DNA of 63,952 bases, the filler included, from Candidatus Omnitrophota bacterium (GTDB lineage Bacteria > Omnitrophota > Gorgyraeia > JAGLLT01): assembly GCA_023140385.1 (NCBI GenBank). It is 4 parts of 4 records of this genome, joined end to end, with 100 filler letters (N's around TTAATTAATTAA, not from the genome) between each part and the next. Parts side by side here need not be neighbours in the genome. Positions count along the whole stretch, not along the records: positions 59,189 to 63,952 come from JAGLLT010000041.1; 3 more parts are not named here. One strand, written 5' to 3'. The notes under the pieces were generated by a model. The model ran no database searches. It was given only the letters and a program-made list of their open reading frames with translations, and was not told where the DNA came from. Of this stretch, positions 62,119 to 63,952 are shown piece by piece. Numbering within the stretch: position 1 is the stretch's first letter; each line of letters begins with the position of its first letter. Both the position numbers and the translations under genes were made by a program.

Positions 62119-63903
62119 ATGTTATCAAAAAGAAAAAAAACATTAATTTTTTTCTTATTACCAATATTAATACTTATACTATTTGGAAAAATATATATTT
62201 ATGACACACATCGTAAATTCATGGATATAAATTGGTTGCATTCAGCTAATCCTAACGAACAAAGAATAACAGCCCATAGAACTATACAATCTCCTCTTGG
62301 CAATCTTCATGATGCTTTTATAACCCTTATGAGAGTTGGCGATGAAACATCTGTTCCATATCTTATTGGTGCTTTAAAATGGGGGCCAAACTCTAATAAA
62401 GGTGATTCGGTTGTATGCACATGGGCTCATTGCAGAGAAGCCCTTTATAAAATAACAAACTTTGATTTTGGTTATAAATATAAAGATTGGGCAGAGTGGT
62501 GGAAGAAATATAAAAATACTGATAGAAAAAAATGGCTATGGGACGGTTTTGTCCTGCGGGGATATGAATTGGATGAGGAGAACGATAATAAAACAATAAC
62601 GTTTCTCATTAAAGCAGCAAGCGGCACTTTTCCTTATTCCGTAGAAAATGCGTGTTTTTTATTAAATTCCCTATTTAAGAAGCCTATTATAGTAAAAGCG
62701 TTAAGAAAAACCGCAAAATCCCCAGAAAAGGAAATGCGTGTAGGTACTGTGCATATTTTATATCAGATGAACTTTATGGATAAGCTGAGAGATTTCTATC
62801 TTGATTCTGATAGAGGTGTTCGTGAATTAGCCAGAAGCAAACTAAACGACTTACTTTCTCAGGAACTAATATCAGATAACTTTAAAGTGCCAATAAAGGA
62901 AAGTACGGGTAGTTACAATTCAAAGATAAAAATAAACGAAGCCAAGCAGATATTATATATTGGGTGTTACCATAAGAACTTGAGTAAAAAATATAAGCTT
63001 GCAGCATTTTCCTTAAAAGAAAATAAAATACTTTGGACTTTTCCTTGTAAGAAATGGGTTAGTTCTATACCGCTTGCGGAAGGCGGCAAGATATATTTTG
63101 TCAGTGGTAATAAATATGTTTATTGTATTACCGAGGCTACGCGTGAATTAGTCTGGATTTGTCAAATTAAAGATAATCCTATGTACGCATATGACAATAA
63201 AGTTATAGTTAAGAATAAAAATGTTTATTTTAGCGACCATGAGAATTTTTACTGTGTGGATAAAAACACCGGAAATTTAAATTGGAAGCTAAATATTAAT
63301 CCTAAAACCGATGCGTTTTGTTCTAATGATGAATCGTTAATTGTTCTTACCTCATCAGAAGAACTCTTAGCTATTTCTTTTGATGGTAAGATTTTGGCAA
63401 GAGAAGAGATAGGTTTTTCGCCAGGCGGAATTGCAGTTAATAAGAAGAATGTATATTTTTTTACACGGGAAAATAAAACTGGATATGCGTATCTTAATGC
63501 ATCTGATTCTAAAACCTTTAAATTAAAATGGAGAACTAAAATAGGTAAAATTTGGAATTGGAGCAACGCCGCTCCTTTAATTTATAGTAATGAATTATTT
63601 GTATGTTCAGATAATTTTATTGTCGCACTCTCTTTAGATAACGGCGAAATAATTTGGGAAATTAAAGATGAAGCAGACTCAGAGATAAAAATATATAATG
63701 AGAATTTACTGATTATGAGAAGTAGAGGTTGTAGAATAACTTTTAGGGATATAACGACAGGAGAAATAATCAAAATATTAGATAAGCCAAGACTTCATGA
63801 AACACCATTTGTTAATAAGCAATACTTAGTTTGCTCCGATACGGATGGTAATTTATGGATAATAGATCCATTGATTAAAAAGCGCAGAAAAGGGGTCAAC
63901 TAA
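62119..63903 (+). CDS. Membrane-anchored HEAT-repeat plus PQQ-type beta-propeller protein
   Basis: N-terminal TM; GDETSVPYLI.AL and L.DSDRGVRE.A HEAT-like motifs; repeated (Y/V).C.D..TG...W blades. Confidence 0.75.
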   Translation: MLSKRKKTLIFFLLPILILILFGKIYIYDTHRKFMDINWLHSANPNEQRITAHRTIQSPLGNLHDAFITLMRVGDETSVPYLIGALKWGPNSNKGDSVVCTWAHCREALYKITNFDFGYKYKDWAEWWKKYKNTDRKKWLWDGFVLRGYELDEENDNKTITFLIKAASGTFPYSVENACFLLNSLFKKPIIVKALRKTAKSPEKEMRVGTVHILYQMNFMDKLRDFYLDSDRGVRELARSKLNDLLSQELISDNFKVPIKESTGSYNSKIKINEAKQILYIGCYHKNLSKKYKLAAFSLKENKILWTFPCKKWVSSIPLAEGGKIYFVSGNKYVYCITEATRELVWICQIKDNPMYAYDNKVIVKNKNVYFSDHENFYCVDKNTGNLNWKLNINPKTDAFCSNDESLIVLTSSEELLAISFDGKILAREEIGFSPGGIAVNKKNVYFFTRENKTGYAYLNASDSKTFKLKWRTKIGKIWNWSNAAPLIYSNELFVCSDNFIVALSLDNGEIIWEIKDEADSEIKIYNENLLIMRSRGCRITFRDITTGEIIKILDKPRLHETPFVNKQYLVCSDTDGNLWIIDPLIKKRRKGVN

Positions 63904-63928
63904 AAGCGCAGAAAAGGGGTCAAGTCTT
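63878..63928. repeat. Tandem 22-nt direct repeat ending in a GGGGTCAAGTCTT motif
   Basis: AAAAGCGCAGAAAAGGGGTCAA at 63878-63899 and 63902-63923. Confidence 0.75.
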
Positions 63929-63952
63929 GTAAATTGTAATCACAAGTGCGAA

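Overview
Bacterial draft-genome window made of four contigs joined by three artificial 100-nt spacers (N-run/TTAATTAATTAA/N-run at 23063-23162, 35963-36062, 59089-59188), so adjacency across spacers is not biological evidence. The content suggests a diderm organism, possibly PVC/Omnitrophota-like (inference only). Contig 1 (1-23062) is housekeeping on the minus strand: nrnA', truB, ribF, rpsO, pnp, dut, uppP, ftsK, rodZ, rimO, pgsA, pgpA, recA, degP, recX, alaS, hisD, hisBHAFI, trpE'. Its cinA-thpR block is inverted and bounded by a 14/15-bp inverted repeat. Contig 2 (23163-35962) is the replication origin region: parB, parA, jag fragment, yidC, yidD, rpmH, then dnaA, oriC, dnaN, dciA, gyrB, gyrA. 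It has two parS sites, and rnpA and recF are absent from their usual positions. Contig 3 (36063-59088) is an exopolysaccharide/exosortase island with GT4 glycosyltransferases, toxin-antitoxin-like cassettes, exosortase, EpsI, a priming glycosyltransferase, seven PEP-CTERM genes plus one decayed tail, a PrsT-like TPR lipoprotein, a PilZ protein and recG'. A REP-associated HUH tyrosine transposase (RAYT) sits inside the PEP-CTERM array, and its palindromes mark cassette junctions. Contig 4 (59189-63952) carries a repeat protein with a caspase/gingipain-fold C-terminus, a PepSY-like partner and a HEAT/PQQ-propeller protein. Best candidate novel system: a RAYT/REP module that may remodel the PEP-CTERM surface-protein array and coincides with a local strand-asymmetric codon footprint (A/C-ending codons 5' of REPs, G/T-ending codons 3' of them), consistent with ssDNA deamination. 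All counts are manual; no database searches were run.
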